A stretch of DNA of 64,000 bases from Mytilus edulis. Lineage: Eukaryota. Location: positions 26,908,001-26,972,000 of the forward strand of contig NC_092357.1 in NCBI RefSeq assembly GCF_963676685.1, given 5' to 3'. Under the pieces are notes generated by a model. That model was not told where the DNA came from. It ran no database searches and saw only the letters and a program-made list of their open reading frames with translations. Made by a program: the position numbers and the translations under genes. Below, piece by piece: positions 37,201-51,749 of the stretch (positions are counted from its first letter, which is position 1; every line of letters starts with the position of its first letter).

Positions 37201-40200
37201 GGATATCACTCTATAGGGTTATTACAGAAAATAACATACATGTGTTATTGAGAACTATTGTGTTGGTTTGTTTAAAAGCCTTGTTAAAGACAAATTACAA
37301 TTAAATGAACTTTATCTAAAGTAATATATTTGTTTTATAACTTTTTATACATCCCGTTTCATAAGAACACCTTATCATTAAGGTAGTCTAATTTTATTCT
37401 GACCTGGAGACCAACACCTGACATGTTTCGTATTAGAAAAAAAAAGAGTATATCTTATATCTTTTGTATAACTCTATTAAAACTGTGATGATGAACAGAT
37501 GATCTTTAAACAGAAGATTATTTGTTACATAAACATTTGCTGTATATTTAATATTATGTCGGTTCGGGATAACCTTTAAAAAAGATTCATTTATAAAGGC
37601 GATATTCTATAACATTAATAATCAGTCTAACTAATATTTGCAAATCTGTATCCAAATTTGCATATTTGAGCAAATATCTAGACCGATGTTGTACTGCGAT
37701 TGCACAATATAAGATGGGGAGATACTCAATTGATAAGATTATGTATTTAAAGTACAACATATAGGAATTCTGAATACTTTTCTATTAAAAAAAATGTAAA
37801 CAGTGACTACTTCCGGTTTTCACAAGGGCAATGCCGGTTGTCATTTTTGAAGTTCATATATCAACTAGCCTTTTGTAAAAAAATCATATGGCTTTTTAAT
37901 GAACAAAGTTAAAGTAATGAAGAAGTAACCTTATGTTTAGAATCTTCGAGGGCAAAAACTTATTTGGTAAAGGTTCATGTAGATAACTCTAAAATTTTAT
38001 GAATCGCTATAATCTAAATTAGCTAAACAAATCATAGGATGTATCGAACAGTTCAGAAAAAAAATTAATTGCTATCTTTGTTTACGGAGAAGATGCACAC
38101 ACATGATAAACTGTGAATTGGTAGATCAATCTTACAAAGAAAATTGTATTGCTTAAAAGGATAAAAATGTTAGAGTGCAAAAACCGTATGATGCTATTGA
38201 ATAAATATTTTAGAAACAAAAATAGAGTTATGTTGTGTTTTTGTTTTTGATGTTACTGGTTGGACGAACGAATGGACAAACAAACTGATATAAAGTCAAA
38301 AGTATTCATTGATGAAGTACACACAGGACCAAGCAGTATATCATCTTAACATTCGTAAGTTCGCTAGATTAACATGATAAACTTTACGTTTCTAGTGTCT
38401 CTAAAATACAAAAATCAGAAATATCAACAATTATGTTTAGCCATATGTGTATCATAGTCTCAGACAAGAACAATTACACATTAATCACACCTTTTTAGAA
38501 CAAGATACAAATTATCTTGATTACATTTTTTAAAATCAAATGGACACTATTTAAAGCAGTCACCTTTGCAATGCTTTGATGAATTGGAATCTTAGTCTGA
38601 GAAAATCATACCATTGTACAAAAATTCCAACGTAGCAACAATCAAATTAAATAACATCAGAAAGTAGAATTTTACTGATAGGCATAAAACAAAACAAAAT
38701 TTCTCAGAACACATTTTTTTGTTGAGAATAAAGTACACGAAGCTCAGTAAACACGATGTTAGCTCACACGTTTTACTGGAAGTTTGTTTTTCTCTAAAGA
38801 TGATTTTACTAATTTTTTTTATTACTTGCTTAAAAACGAATGAGTGATTTAGATAGTGCATTTGACAATTACCGTTTTGATTCTGTTACTACACACTTAT
38901 ATGCTTATAACTTGCCTTTGTCAATCGTGGACTGGTTCTAAACCAGACAAAATAAACTTTTGCCAATTCAAAGCATGATAAGTTCAAATGATGTATCAAC
39001 GGTTTAACCAAATTTTCATTAAATATCTGGTGACAACAGTATTTAGCTAAACAACACATTAATGAAAATAAAATATTTAAAAAACCAAAGGATTACTCAC
39101 ATTACACACAGGTGTAATCCCTCATAAAGAAGACAACACAAATGGATATATAATTACAGGGTCAATTACCGGAATTGTCAAATAGACTATGTAAGTGTAT
39201 GTAGAATTATATCGTTGAATGTATTACACATCTCTAAAGGATTACAGCGTGCATACACTGTATATATCCTTCGGTAAACCTGTTCGAGAATCACAAAAAA
39301 AATATCAAATGACAAGGTATCAGTGAACAACGAAATATGTGTAGAAAACGAAAACACCATAATGATTGCAAAACAAAAAAGATGGCAAAATATGTCTACT
39401 AAGAACAACCGAAAGTCAACTGTTTGCTCGTCAAAGTTGCTAACGGTTTTAACACACAATGAGGTATTGTTGGTTCAATACATTAAATTGTAGTAATAAC
39501 GACTTGTGCAGTACTCAGTTCGCTTTATAATCTATATTCTATATAATTTGAGTTATCGTTATAACATGTCTGACAGTTGTTGTTTGGTATATGTGTAAAA
39601 AGGATGGAATTAAGATTTGTTAAAATATTGCTTTCCGCTTTAAGAATGACACTGACACGAAAACATGCAGATACTTTATCAGTTACATCGACATTTAGAG
39701 TATCCAAACAGAGACAAGAAGACAATCATTCTATATTGAATGTCAGTTATTGTAACTTACAAAAAACCATACAGATAATCATCTTATCTTCATGTGATAA
39801 AATGGTTTTATTCTTTTTTCCTCTTCACAAATAACATGTTGGCAAACCACACGAAAACAAACAGCTTCGAAGAATATAATTCTAGCAGGTAAAAACAGCT
39901 TCTTTAACCATAACGTGGACACGTTAGCATGTATAAAGCATATTTCATCATGTCAATATAATTCAAAGATATATGAGTTCTTCATCAAAATTGGAAGGCG
40001 GGAATTTTCTGTAGGATAGAGGCAATTTATACATATGGATATTCAATGTCATAACTCAAAAATAAACTCACAATACCATTGCTAAGGAATTGCAAACACC
40101 AACAGACAAAGAAAGTAAAAACAATACAAGATAGACAACCAAAGACAGATCAATATGAGCAACAATTAACACTGATGCTCTATACAGGTTTTTAAAATCT

Positions 40201-41959
40201 TTGTTATAAATCTATGTCGGTACGTCTTTTTTTTGGAAAAGGAGATGCAATTGTAACAATGACATACGGAATTTATTTGAATGAAAACATGCGGAAAGTT
40301 AATCTGTATTATCTACATTTGAAGTATCTGACACACAGACAATAATTCTGTTGTCAGCTTATGTCAGACTTACAATGTAAACCTGCAGGCAATTAGTTTA
40401 TAACGAGGCGATACAGTGTTTTTTCTTTTTTTTTCTTTTCAAAAATAGTGGGTTCGGTTACCCTTTGCATACCTTCAATGGATATTATGTTAGCAGGTTT
40501 AACAGTTTTATTGATAATTATGTGCACAACTGAATGTATATGGCATATGACAACATGCATAATTTGCATTATATACAATCATAGATTTCTAGAGTTCTTA
40601 AATTCTAATTAATAAATCGTGAAGGCAGACATTGTTCTGTAATGTAACATTGAAATACGAGAGTTAATAAATTTGACACCTGGAAACTGTAGCTCACGTA
40701 ACGACAAGTAGTGGTAAAACACAAAACCTTAAGGGCCTTTAGTCATACTAGATTTTCTTGAATTGATTGTAAAGGTTAAAACAAGAAAACACAAGAAATA
40801 TTAAGACAATATGTGAACTCTTTAAAGTTTGAATTTTCAGTAAACTATTTGAACATGTTGAAGTAAAATGTATTTATGTTTTTTCCAACTCTATTTTACT
40901 CAAGTTTAAAAGACTGCATTGTAATATGTAACAATATATGTGTATCGTATGTAGGCACCTGCATAGCAAAAATGCGAGAGAATTCAAAACCAATGATTGT
41001 AAGAATGTTAAAGTTATTTCTACTTGATACTGATCAAAACCAAAGTTTTCAAGTATTCAAATTTTGTATTAAACCCGTCTGCCACTAGTTTATTGTTTAC
41101 ATCAACTTTTAAGTACAAATTAACGTTTATTTCTCTTCATATCGTTTCTTTTATTCAATTTCGTTTGTGTTTGTTTGTTTCAATTCGTTTCGTTGTGTTT
41201 TTATTCCGTTATTTTACAGGATTTTACAGTTACTCCAAACGCGAAAAAGATACATACGTTCTTTTTTGCACGGTTTCTTTGTTAAATTCTAATGTAAGTG
41301 TTACCTGGATCTTCTCCCTCCCCGAAACAAGTGTGGTTGCACATTTGAAGGTAAACCGATGCTCTTCAATGTAAATTTTAAATAGTTGACCTGGTAATTG
41401 TTTATTACCACGTGCTGATATAACATGTTTTATGTTATGAAGAACGTTAGTAATTTACCAAGATAAATTAATCACAGTATGCAATTAATCATAGCATGTT
41501 TGCCTTTGATAACACGTGTACAGAATTTACATCTGTTCTATATGACTCTAAATTTTCACACAGTTGATCTTAGATATAATAACAACTTATCAATATGTAT
41601 CTCTTTATCACAAGAATGTCACTGTAACATTAAATGTATCGCTACATATGCTTTGTAATATTTTTTTTGTATTAAACATTATTGGTTTGGTCTGATCTAA
41701 CAAATACTAATATGTTTCTTACAAATATTCAAAATAACATTCTGTTTAATTGAAAATTTTTAATTTCTGAGATAAAATACAAAATTGCATCTCATATGTC
41801 TTAATGGTTTGTTCGGAATGCACATTACTTGAAATGAACAATATATATACATTGTTGTTCTGTTATACCACAATTCCAGGTTAGGGGAGGGTTTGACCGA
41901 TAAATTAGTCGATCAAAATTACAGACTGCCTCACAATTACGGTTTGTTTATACATGGAT

Positions 41960-43100
41960 TATTTGCCTCTGTACAAAAAGCAACGTACAATGAACCAATA
42001 CCAGCAGCAAAGTACTACGTTGAAATAAAGTACAGCATTGTACGTTATTTCTTTCTCTGCTTTAGATTGCATTACGTGCGTGTGGGATCATTGTATCGTA
42101 AATACACTATATTGTCCCGTTATTCCATTGTTGAAATTAAAAAAAAAGTGTATTATCATATGGTAAGTTCATATAAGTTTGAATATGCGAATGAAATAAA
42201 TAATGAATTATAAGGAGAAAATATCCATGAGCAAATTAATATTTATATTGTTTATACATTTATAGTAAAACTATAGTTTTGTCAATTGCGATTTATTTCT
42301 TTTCATATTCGGAAGTTCTTTATTATTATTAGTTTTAATATTATTAGTCTTTTTATTAAGGAAAGTGTTTTTTTTTTCTTTTTCTTTTCGCTCAGTGAAT
42401 TTGAAATACACGTTTGTTTCTTCTTGCAATTCTATCAAAATGTGATTACCGAGATAAAACATAGAAAGAACAAAGAGGAGTACATATTGAAATCTACTGC
42501 ATTAATACGACAACATTATAATAAACTGATTTCCTTCCTTTATCTGTTTGAGTCCGACAACAATAAAGAGTCAAATACCAGTAAGTTGCTATGAAGAGAA
42601 CCAGTCTTAAATAATATATTCTTGTTAATAAAGACATTATATTATCTCTTATACAGTAGACGCGTTTACAGAGATATGTTTCTAATGCAAGAAAGGCGAC
42701 GTGAAAATATACAGACGTGTGTGGTATTCATTTGTTTGTTTATCAAATCGCGATGCAATACCACGGGCGTTTCTTTACCTTTGTTTTACATTATACATAT
42801 AAATGGCTATTTTAAAGATGAAAGAACACATTTTGTAAATATATTATTCAATATTTAATATTCTTGACAGCAGTTTTTGATGTTTACATTTTAAAGCACT
42901 TTGAGAATTATTAGTTTGCTTAATTCTTATTCTGATTTAATTCTGTCAATTGCTAATTGCTTCGTTTACAAGTAATACGTAAATTGCAGGAGACGACGTT
43001 TTTCTTTTTTTTTCTCATGTGGTTTTATGTTCTATTTTATGTCATTATTTTATTGTTCTATTATAAATTTGAAAATACTTGGAACGCCAAACGACACAAT
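41960..43100 (+). repeat. Duplicated unit R, copy e
   Basis: AAAGCAACGTACA..GAA.CAATACCA and ACTACGTTGAAA match 9122-9200; continues to match 10020-10330. Confidence 0.8.
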
Positions 43101-43502
43101 TATGTTACTCGTGTAGTGATATTTACCGTATGTGTATTCTTCTAAAGATCTTCTGAAAAATTTTAAATCTCGGACTATTTATGAAATTAATTTTAACAGG
43201 ACTTCGATTTTTTAGCCCTGTATACCACCATTCCCAATGTGAAATTATAATTTTGTTGAATAAATATTGACCGACAACATTTCTTCCTATGTGACGATTC
43301 AATTTTCCGACGTCAGACACGCGTTAAATGAATGTGTTTTTGATTTGATAGATGCTTTTGAGTTTTTTGCAAATAATTGTTTGTTTTAAGATACACAGTG
43401 ATGACAATGAGTGATGAACCCATGTTTTGACTATTTTATTGATTGGGTATGATTTATTTACGCATCGTTGTAAATATAACGGATTTGATGAGACTGTCAA
43501 CA

Positions 43503-44037
43503 GAGCTTCCCAATTGTAAACTTTCTATGTCTATGCAGCGCCTGCATACGGAGTATACATCTCCTAATTGATACAATATACCCGGGCATGTATTTCCTAT
43601 CATGACTTTCTTGATATAGAATTGCTACTCACAAGGAAGTTGCTATTAAAGAAAGAGTTCTAAATGGTGAAGATGAAATAATCCGTTCGTACATTTTACG
43701 AACGCCATCACGAGTTTGTTGACCTTTTTGGAATAACAGATGATATCGGCTATGTTCCTTATGTCGTAGATACTGTATCCTTTGTTACAGGATTTGTAAA
43801 AACATAAGCAACACGACGGCTGACACATTTGAAGCAGGATCTGCTTACTCTTCCGGAGCTTTTGAGATCAATCCTAGTTTTTGGTGGATTTCGTGTTGCT
43901 TAGTCTTTAGTGATTTATGTTGTGATTTCTGTACTATTATTTGTCTGTTTCTTTTTTTATTTTTAGCCTTGGCGTTGTCAGTTTATTTTCTATCCATAAG
44001 TTTGACCCGCCCTCTCGTATTTGTCGTTCCTCTTTTA
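43503..44037 (+). mobile_element. Second, decayed Penelope-like element 3' fragment (RT thumb plus structured tail)
   Basis: FPIVNFL..APAYGVYIS*LIQYTRACISYHDFLD.ELLLTRKLL...FYERHHEFVD with stops and frameshifts; tail has a 12 bp stem 43805-43816 / 43891-43902. Confidence 0.85.
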
Positions 44038-44259
44038 TATATGTTGGATAAACAAAATTAAAAACAAACAAAAAGACCCTGATTATTGAGTTTCCTTAGA
44101 GAAAGTTACGTTTTAAATGAACACATGATATATTAAATATTAGTATTATCAACAAGTACGAAGTTATTACTTCTATTCTTGGCCTCAGCGCATATACAGT
44201 AATTCTAATACAAATTATTATAATAAAAAAAAAATAAATTGAAAAATGTAAAAGCTTTT

Positions 44260-45190
44260 CCGATGAAACTCCAAAGCGAATTATCAATTCATGCTATCAT
44301 ATAAATAAACATTTAAATCTTAATTATGCTATAATTAAAGTAATGGTACACTTAAATGATTAAGAATTTATGAAATGGAAGATGAAGTTACATAAAATAT
44401 GGATTCGGAAAAAGGATTCAGTGCTCTGAAAGAAATCAATTTTTCAATTATTTCAACACATCTACACCTGTATTATACAAAAAACATTACCTACTTTTTG
44501 TTCTCATTATATATTAACATTAAATTATGTTTCAATAGAACAGCAGCTCAATGTATTAAACTTAGTGTAATATGATGGATTATTCCCAAAGGAGGTTACA
44601 ACTTTGTTGCTGTCTATAAAAGTAATATTTACGGTAAAAATTTCTTTTGAATTTAGCTTCGATGAATTACTGAATCATGTTGCCGACTTATATAGAAGGG
44701 ACGCTTCAATCATTTTTCTGATCATAATTTATCCCAGGATAAAACGTTACGAATAAACTTCAGTATTTATACAGTTGCTTGTAATACGAATGGTGTCGGA
44801 GATTCATGTCTGTTGATATTTTTTTATTATTCTATCCACAAATCCATGAACACATTACCACTATTAGTATTTAATGATTTGGATGCGGATAATGATAATC
44901 AATATCACTATTTGTCGTGTGGGCTATTTTGAATGTGGATGTTCAATTACATTTGGATGTTTAAAACAATATTTGAGGATATATAACTGTATGAATAGCA
45001 GGTAGTAAGTAATTTTTTTTATTTATTTTATGACTGATTGGATAGGGTTGATAGAATACAGACAAATGGTCAAACATTGCAGAATCATGGTCAAATCGTA
45101 GAATGAATTAATGAACAATAATTGAGAATAACTAGGTACTGGAGCAGAGAAACGAAATAAAGATAATCATGAATGTGGATAGGCAAATAT
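44260..45190 (+). repeat. Segmental duplicate of 18730-19690
   Basis: See partner feature at 18730-19690. Confidence 0.85.
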
Positions 45191-45295
45191 GGTCTTTTAA
45201 GATACAGAATAAAAAAAACACTCTCTAACATATGCATGTTACTTTGCAGTATAATATCGTTAGAGGAAAGAAGAAGTTGTCAAAAAAGAGGAAAA

Positions 45296-46340
45296 CTATG
45301 GAACGCCGGAACTGTCTTATAGTGTAAATATTTAATGTGTTCTGTCGCTTTGCCTTTACGTCCTGTCATTTCTTCTTTTTGTTACGTGCAGATGCCTTTA
45401 TTTCCTGACACGGCATCTCTTTGTTATGTAAAATTAGTAATTTGTTTGGTCAAACAATTGTATGATAGGGCATTGCTAAACTTTGTTGTGTAACATATGC
45501 ATTACATTATGCTGTAAATACTATATGTTCTGTGAATACTTCGAAACTTTATGATCAACCACCTTTACATTCTCTCATATTTTATCTATGCTGTGTCCAT
45601 TCTTCTTTTACGTAAGTCAGTTATTAATTGCGTCCTGTCTCAAGTGTTATTAGTATGTCAAACGTTCTAAAGGTTTTGATTTTATACACCTTTGTTCTAT
45701 GTAAATCTCTTTCGGCGTTATTTTGTGTTTATACATATGTATCTCCAGTGAAAAACACAATACATCATGGTATAATTCATATGCGTTTTGCCGAAAAATT
45801 GATACTCTCTGTGAGAATTTATTGCGTCATGTGCAAATGTGTTTTTCATTATGTACAAACATCGTTCACCCTGTGTGCAAACACTATTACGTTATGTGCA
45901 AATACCGCTTACATTATGTACAAACACCATGTAAGTTATGTGCAAATGCCTATTATAGTATGTCCAAACATCTATTACGTTATGTGCAAACACCTATTAC
46001 GTTATGTCCAAACACCTATTACGTTATGTGCTAACACCTATTATGTTCTGGTAAACACTTTTTTGACACAGATTAAAACAAAACGCATCAATGATATGCA
46101 TTATGAAAATGAAGAAAATTAAAAGTTTGACCTTTCTAACAAACTGTGGATTTTTATATTAATTATATTGATTGGTGTAAGAATGCTATATACATACAAT
46201 GTATCTAGTTTGATGGGACATTATTTTGCTCTACTTAAAGAATGTGCGTTATGCCTCCATGCTTTGAAAATTTGTTCTCTTTACTTGTTGAAAATTGTGA
46301 CAAATATACAGACACGACTTTAGTTTTCAAGAGGTGCAAC
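45296..46340 (+). repeat. Left arm of about 1.05 kb inverted repeat (22 bp internal tandem array)
   Basis: Starts CTATGGAACGCCGGAACTG; ACACCTATTACGTTATGTGCAA units at about 45820-46060. Confidence 0.9.
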
Positions 46341-49300
46341 CGAAAGGAACAATACGATATAAAAAAGGAAGATGAGAACGAATGCCAATGTGACAACTCC
46401 TCACAAGTGACCTGGATGATTTGTTATTACCCTCCCAGTAGGGTTTTCATTTAGCGAGAAACGTGTACCAGATTAATGCTAAAAATGTAATGACGTCTCC
46501 CACGATTCATGTAGCAGCTAAGGAATCCTACAAAATGTTTAAGATTTTATTTTCGTTCATTTCCTTTAACAGTTGTGAATATTATTCTGAATAATCTTCC
46601 TAAGACTTATTATTTCCTCCGTCCCTGACAAAGCGTGTTGAGACGGGTGGGTGTCCTGAAAGGAGTGGTCTTATCTGACAATTTTTTTTTTAAATTAACA
46701 GGGATGTTAGAAAAATTTGATCCAATTTTGGATCAGACAAGTAGAAGGGTGTAACAAAAAGCTGCAATTTCTCCAAAAAAAAACCCTATTTTTTTCATGT
46801 TAAATACTTCATTATCCTGTAATCCACAAAAATGACGCATATACATATTTTTGTCTGAATGAAAAGGTTATCAGCCTTGTTTCACCTTCACTGACCATAC
46901 TCGAAATTAACCTGCAACTTGAAACTCCAGATAATGACTTTCATTTATCCGTATTTGGTCCGGTAACTTTACGAATCGTGTCATCAAGAAGGATACAAAA
47001 AAATACATATTCTAGTAAATTGTAATTGTTTTCCTCAATAATCTTTTTATATAAGTGATATGCATATCGTTTATTTTGTTGTCTATAAGAATATTTAAGT
47101 AATGTCGTTGCTAAAATGGTCATCATAAGATAATTTACCCTTTGAATTTCAGAAAAAAACTATCGATAAAAAAAGATGTGGTATGAATGCCAATGAGACA
47201 ATTCTCCACTAGAGACCAAATGACAAAGAAATAAATAACAATAGATCTTCTGTTGGCCTTTGACAAAAAACCCATACCACATAGTCATCTAATCTATTTA
47301 ATTTTCTACCCTATTTAATTTTTCACCAGTTTAAAAAAAAAAAGGTACAGTTAAGTAATTCACTTTTATCCTGCAATTAGCAAGTTATTGTGTGCAAAAA
47401 TCGGGTAAACAACATTTTTTTTGCTTTGTTTGTACATGTACAGATAAATTTTCCTGCTACCCGCTTCCATGTTGATCAATCGATAATATGATGGATATTT
47501 CTTTCTGGGTAATAGTTCATTTTGAGGTTTTCTCCGTTTCAATAACTGTAAAAATCATAGACAATGGTTAATATTTAAACAACTTTTGCTCAAATACCAG
47601 GTGTAAATTGTAAACAATATATGTACATTGTCAGAAATACAAAATGTATTAGTTCTAGCTGTGAAACAGGAGAAAATTCGGTAAGCCTCGCTTTTCGACC
47701 TGTTTCTAAAGCTCGTACAAATAAATTTCACGTTTACTGACAAAGTACATTAATTTTATAATCAATAAATTAGTCCACAGTTGTTGATATGAATTAATCT
47801 TTTTGTTCAATATTTCAACGAATATCGTCGTATGAATTAGAAACATCAACCTATTTTCCGAACGGAGAGTCATTAATTCAATGAATATTATTGCGGGATA
47901 TACGGTATAAACGGTAAACTTCGATGCGTTTAGTTATGAACGCGAATGGTTCGATAACTATAGCTAAACACATAATTGAGCCTAATGTTCATAAAAGGGA
48001 TTTGCTGCACATCATTATTTTGAGAAATCTTATTCTAAAAAATATAACATTTCATACAAATATACTCTTTTGGATCTAAATGTCATCATTCTAAAATACA
48101 TTTTGACAGTTTCTGTTAAATATTATCATTTTTAGATATATCGGTCCCCCTTTTCTCGGTTACTGTTAAAGCGAGACAGTTTTTTTTTTATTTAGAGCTA
48201 GCGAGACATGACGTGTAATTGATTCAATCCAAATTATCCTCAAAGTGCGGAAACAATCTTGAATTGATGCAATCTTGTTCGCCTTGAAATCGACGTAACA
48301 TATTTAGTCAAAATTCTTTAAAAAAAATCACCTATATAACGAAAAGAAAACTGTGACAGACTTTAACACGAAAGGGAAGGCTTAAATTCTTCTGTAATTT
48401 TCCTGCTACTGATTATAAATTAAGAAAGTTCACTTGTCATGTTTTGTATTGTTGGAATTTCGGAACCCTCTTGTTCATCCGTTTACAGCACCATGAAACA
48501 ATTGCCAGTTAACTCCCAGTTTACAAAAATCTTTAAATGTGCAGTATGTCATTGATACGAATTGAGGTCTCAAAATGAATCAAGATATAATAAGGATAAT
48601 AAGACATTTGTAAAAAATATAAAACCCTTGTTATGTTTTATTAATTTTTGAGAACATCTATATGTTAAAGATATTAATCAAAGTGGACGATCACAAGCAC
48701 TTGTCTCAGAAAACCGAATCACATCTCTTTACCTGAAAGTGACGTTAAAGTACAGATATATATTTTCTGTGCGTGGATGATACATTCAACCTCATCGTAG
48801 AAGTGATACAAATCAGTAAACTCTGTTTTTTTTTGTTATACATTATTTTAATATTTGTAAATTACAGTTACATGTATATAGAATGTTTATCCATTTGTAT
48901 ATCATTATATTGCACTATATTAATTATAGTGCTGTGCATGTGCATGATGAACACTCTTCTGTAATAATTCTATTTTTCTGATAGATTGAATTTGAGTAGG
49001 CATTAGAATTTTCCAGCAAAACATTCAATGTCCCACGCATAGAGAGGGAGCAAAGACAGATAACTCTGCATGGGAGATTTCAAACGTTCTTGAGATATTC
49101 TTTCGCATGCGGTAACACACTTTTCTAGACGTGTGTATAAATATTAAAGATTTTTTACTTTATTTCTGTTTCTAACGAGTTTAACGACATTTTCATATCA
49201 TTAATTTATGCTCAAACAAATATATTTTTAGGAGTATCCATTTGAAAAGAATTAAGAATAAGTGATAAGGAATGTAATTTTGCACTCGATAATATCTGCG

Positions 49301-49829
49301 TATCTATTATTATCATGTTTATAGGTCGGTTACAATCTTAAAACGAATGTTACGTAATGGAAATTAAGGCAACAGCAATACACATGAATGCCCTCACGGT
49401 CATCCGATGTAAAATTAATAGAGAAGTTGTTCATTAAGATATCATTAGATAAAAAACACACGGACCTATGTTTTTTCTCTTTTTGTTTTCTCATTCAATG
49501 ACCTGTGGCGGAACCAGAATTTTTTTAAAAGATTGAGCTGCGTTTGTTGGTTCTATAAGCAGTTTGATTAAGAGGAGGCTCTGGGCTCATTTTTGCCAAA
49601 ACTCCCTGCTTATTCAAAAATCAAATACAAGATGAGAGATGGCGGGAAAATATCTTCGTCCTCGGTCAATATAATCTGAATAGACGCATATATAATGTGT
49701 TGACCTTGTCAAAAGTCTACAATTCGTAAATGTAATTCGGCGCCTTCCAAAACCATATGCTATGATTATGTATGCAAGATATGGTGACCTTTAAAATGAC
49801 CCCCTTGGTGCAGATGAAAGAGAACATTA

Positions 49830-50028
49830 CATAAATAAGGCCGTTAGTGCTCTCGTTTGAATTGGTTTACATAATCTTTTCGGGGCCTTTTACTGTTGAC
49901 TATGCGGTATGGGCTTTGCTTATTGTTGAAGGCCGTACGGTGACCTAAAGTTGTTAATTTCTGTGTCATTGTGGTCTTTTGTGGAGAGTTGTCTCATTGG
50001 CAATAATACCACGTCTTCTTTTTTATAT
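49830..50028 (+). mobile_element. 3' portion of family A repeat
   Basis: Reverse complement of 63655-63850, including TTGAAGGCCGTACGGTGACCT. Confidence 0.8.
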
Positions 50029-50517
50029 CAACTTATTTTCCGTTCACATTTTCCGCAAAGAAATGAGGTTGCATTTTGTTTTTTACATGTAGCTTTCTTT
50101 TTGCTTCGAATAACAGGGCTGAGCTTTTAGTTTCAGTCGATATACACGCTATCTTGAAATAATTACTTGTCACATATAAATTCTGTTTGTTTGCTTCATG
50201 ATGTGGCTGATATTCAGCTACAACTATTGACTTAAATGAGATATGAGATAAATAATTACAGACTGCTCTCTTCTAAGCCATCAAATGCCAGACAATTAAC
50301 TATTTGTATTACATTTCAGATCAAATGATATTAATTGATGGTCGTTTTATTATGCATATATTACACACTGAAATTGAAAATTGAAATAGCAATCATTAAT
50401 ACGTCTTTATTTGCATTGCTAATCTGCAATATGCACGATTTGTTTTCTAAAAAATGTCCCTGTACAATGTTTTCAAAAATGCATTAAATGTATTTTATGA
50501 CTTTTGTCAATCTAGGC

Positions 50518-51675
50518 ACACCTCCAGAGAGACAAACCTCGAGAATCGTGTCTATATATGTGTAAATATTTAAATTTTCAACAAGTGAAGTGAGCAAAAT
50601 ATAAAAAGAATGGATGCATAACGCACACTCTTTAAGTAGAACAAAAAACTAAATATTTATATAACATTTTTATATGAATCAATATATAAAAATACTACAT
50701 TTCCAATACTAAATCAACAACCCCATGCAAATATAGTACCTTCAGTTCACATTCAGCATCCAATTTTAAAATATATATCACTGATGCGTTTTGTTTTAAT
50801 CTGTGTCATAAAAACGTTCACCAGAACGTAATAGGTGTTTGCACATAACGTAATTGGTGTTTGGAAAAATCGTAATAGGTGTTTGCACCTAACGTAAAAG
50901 ATGTTTGGACATAATGTAATAGGCATTTGTACAAAGCGTTATCGGTGTTTGCACATAATGTAAGCGGTATTTGCACATAACGTAATAGTGTTTGCACATA
51001 ATGATGTAGTTGTTATACATGACTTATTAGGTATTTGCACATAACGCAATAGGTGTTTGCACATAGGGTAAACGATGTTTGCACATAAGGGGAACGATGT
51101 TTGCACATAATGTAAAATACATTTGCACATGACGTAATGAATGCTCACAGAGAGTATCGATTGTTCGACAAAACGCATAGGAACTATACCATGATGTGTT
51201 ATGTTTTTCACTGGAGAAACATATGTATTAACACAACATAACGCCAAAAGACTATAATATCACGAGGTTTACATAGAAAAAAGGTGTATCAAAACAAAAC
51301 CTTTAGAACATTCGGCATAACAATCACATTTGAGACAGGGCGTAATTTTTAACTGACTTATGTAAAAAAAGAATAGACAGAACATAGATAAAATATGAGA
51401 GAATGTAAAGGTGGTTGATCATAAAGTTTCGAAGTATTCACAGAATATATAGTACTAAAAGCATAATGTAATGCCTATTGTACACACCAAGTTTAGCAAT
51501 GACAAATCATACTACTGTTTGACCAAATAAATAACTAATTGACATAACACAGAGATGCCGTGTCATGAAATACAGATGTTTACACATAACATAAAGAAGA
51601 AACGACAGGACGTAAAGACAAAGCGACAGAACACATTAAATATTTACACTATAAGGCAGTTCCGGCGTTCCATAG
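50518..51675 (-). repeat. Right arm of about 1.05 kb inverted repeat
   Basis: Ends CAGTTCCGGCGTTCCATAG; the TTGCACATAACGTAATAGGTGT array is the reverse complement of the left-arm array. Confidence 0.9.
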
Positions 51676-51749
51676 AAAACTATTAGAACACTTTCTTTGC
51701 ATTATATGCGGTCATAGCACTTGAAGTCTAATATAAAATAAAATGTTAA

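Noticed and set aside
39480-39834. Hydrophobic VIVITCLTVVVWYMCKK stretch and 85 aa ORF
   Set aside because: Flanked by in-frame stops, no splice context, no recognisable domain.
43817-43900. HDV-like or hatchet ribozyme assignment for the second PLE tail
   Set aside because: P2/P3 adjacency and J4/2 could not be built, and this copy is degenerate.
45820-46060. Regular short repeats resembling a CRISPR array (also 21250-21310)
   Set aside because: Head-to-tail units with no unique spacers, no cas genes, eukaryotic context.
45628-46122. Cys/Tyr-rich ORFs (164 aa, 103 aa and 50939-51247)
   Set aside because: Translation of a 22 bp tandem array that cycles through frames; no signal peptide or domain.
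48700-49130. Possible exons in the foldback spacer (also 54697-54762 minus and the donor near 32568 minus)
   Set aside because: Isolated splice-like signals with no recognisable translation or partner exons.
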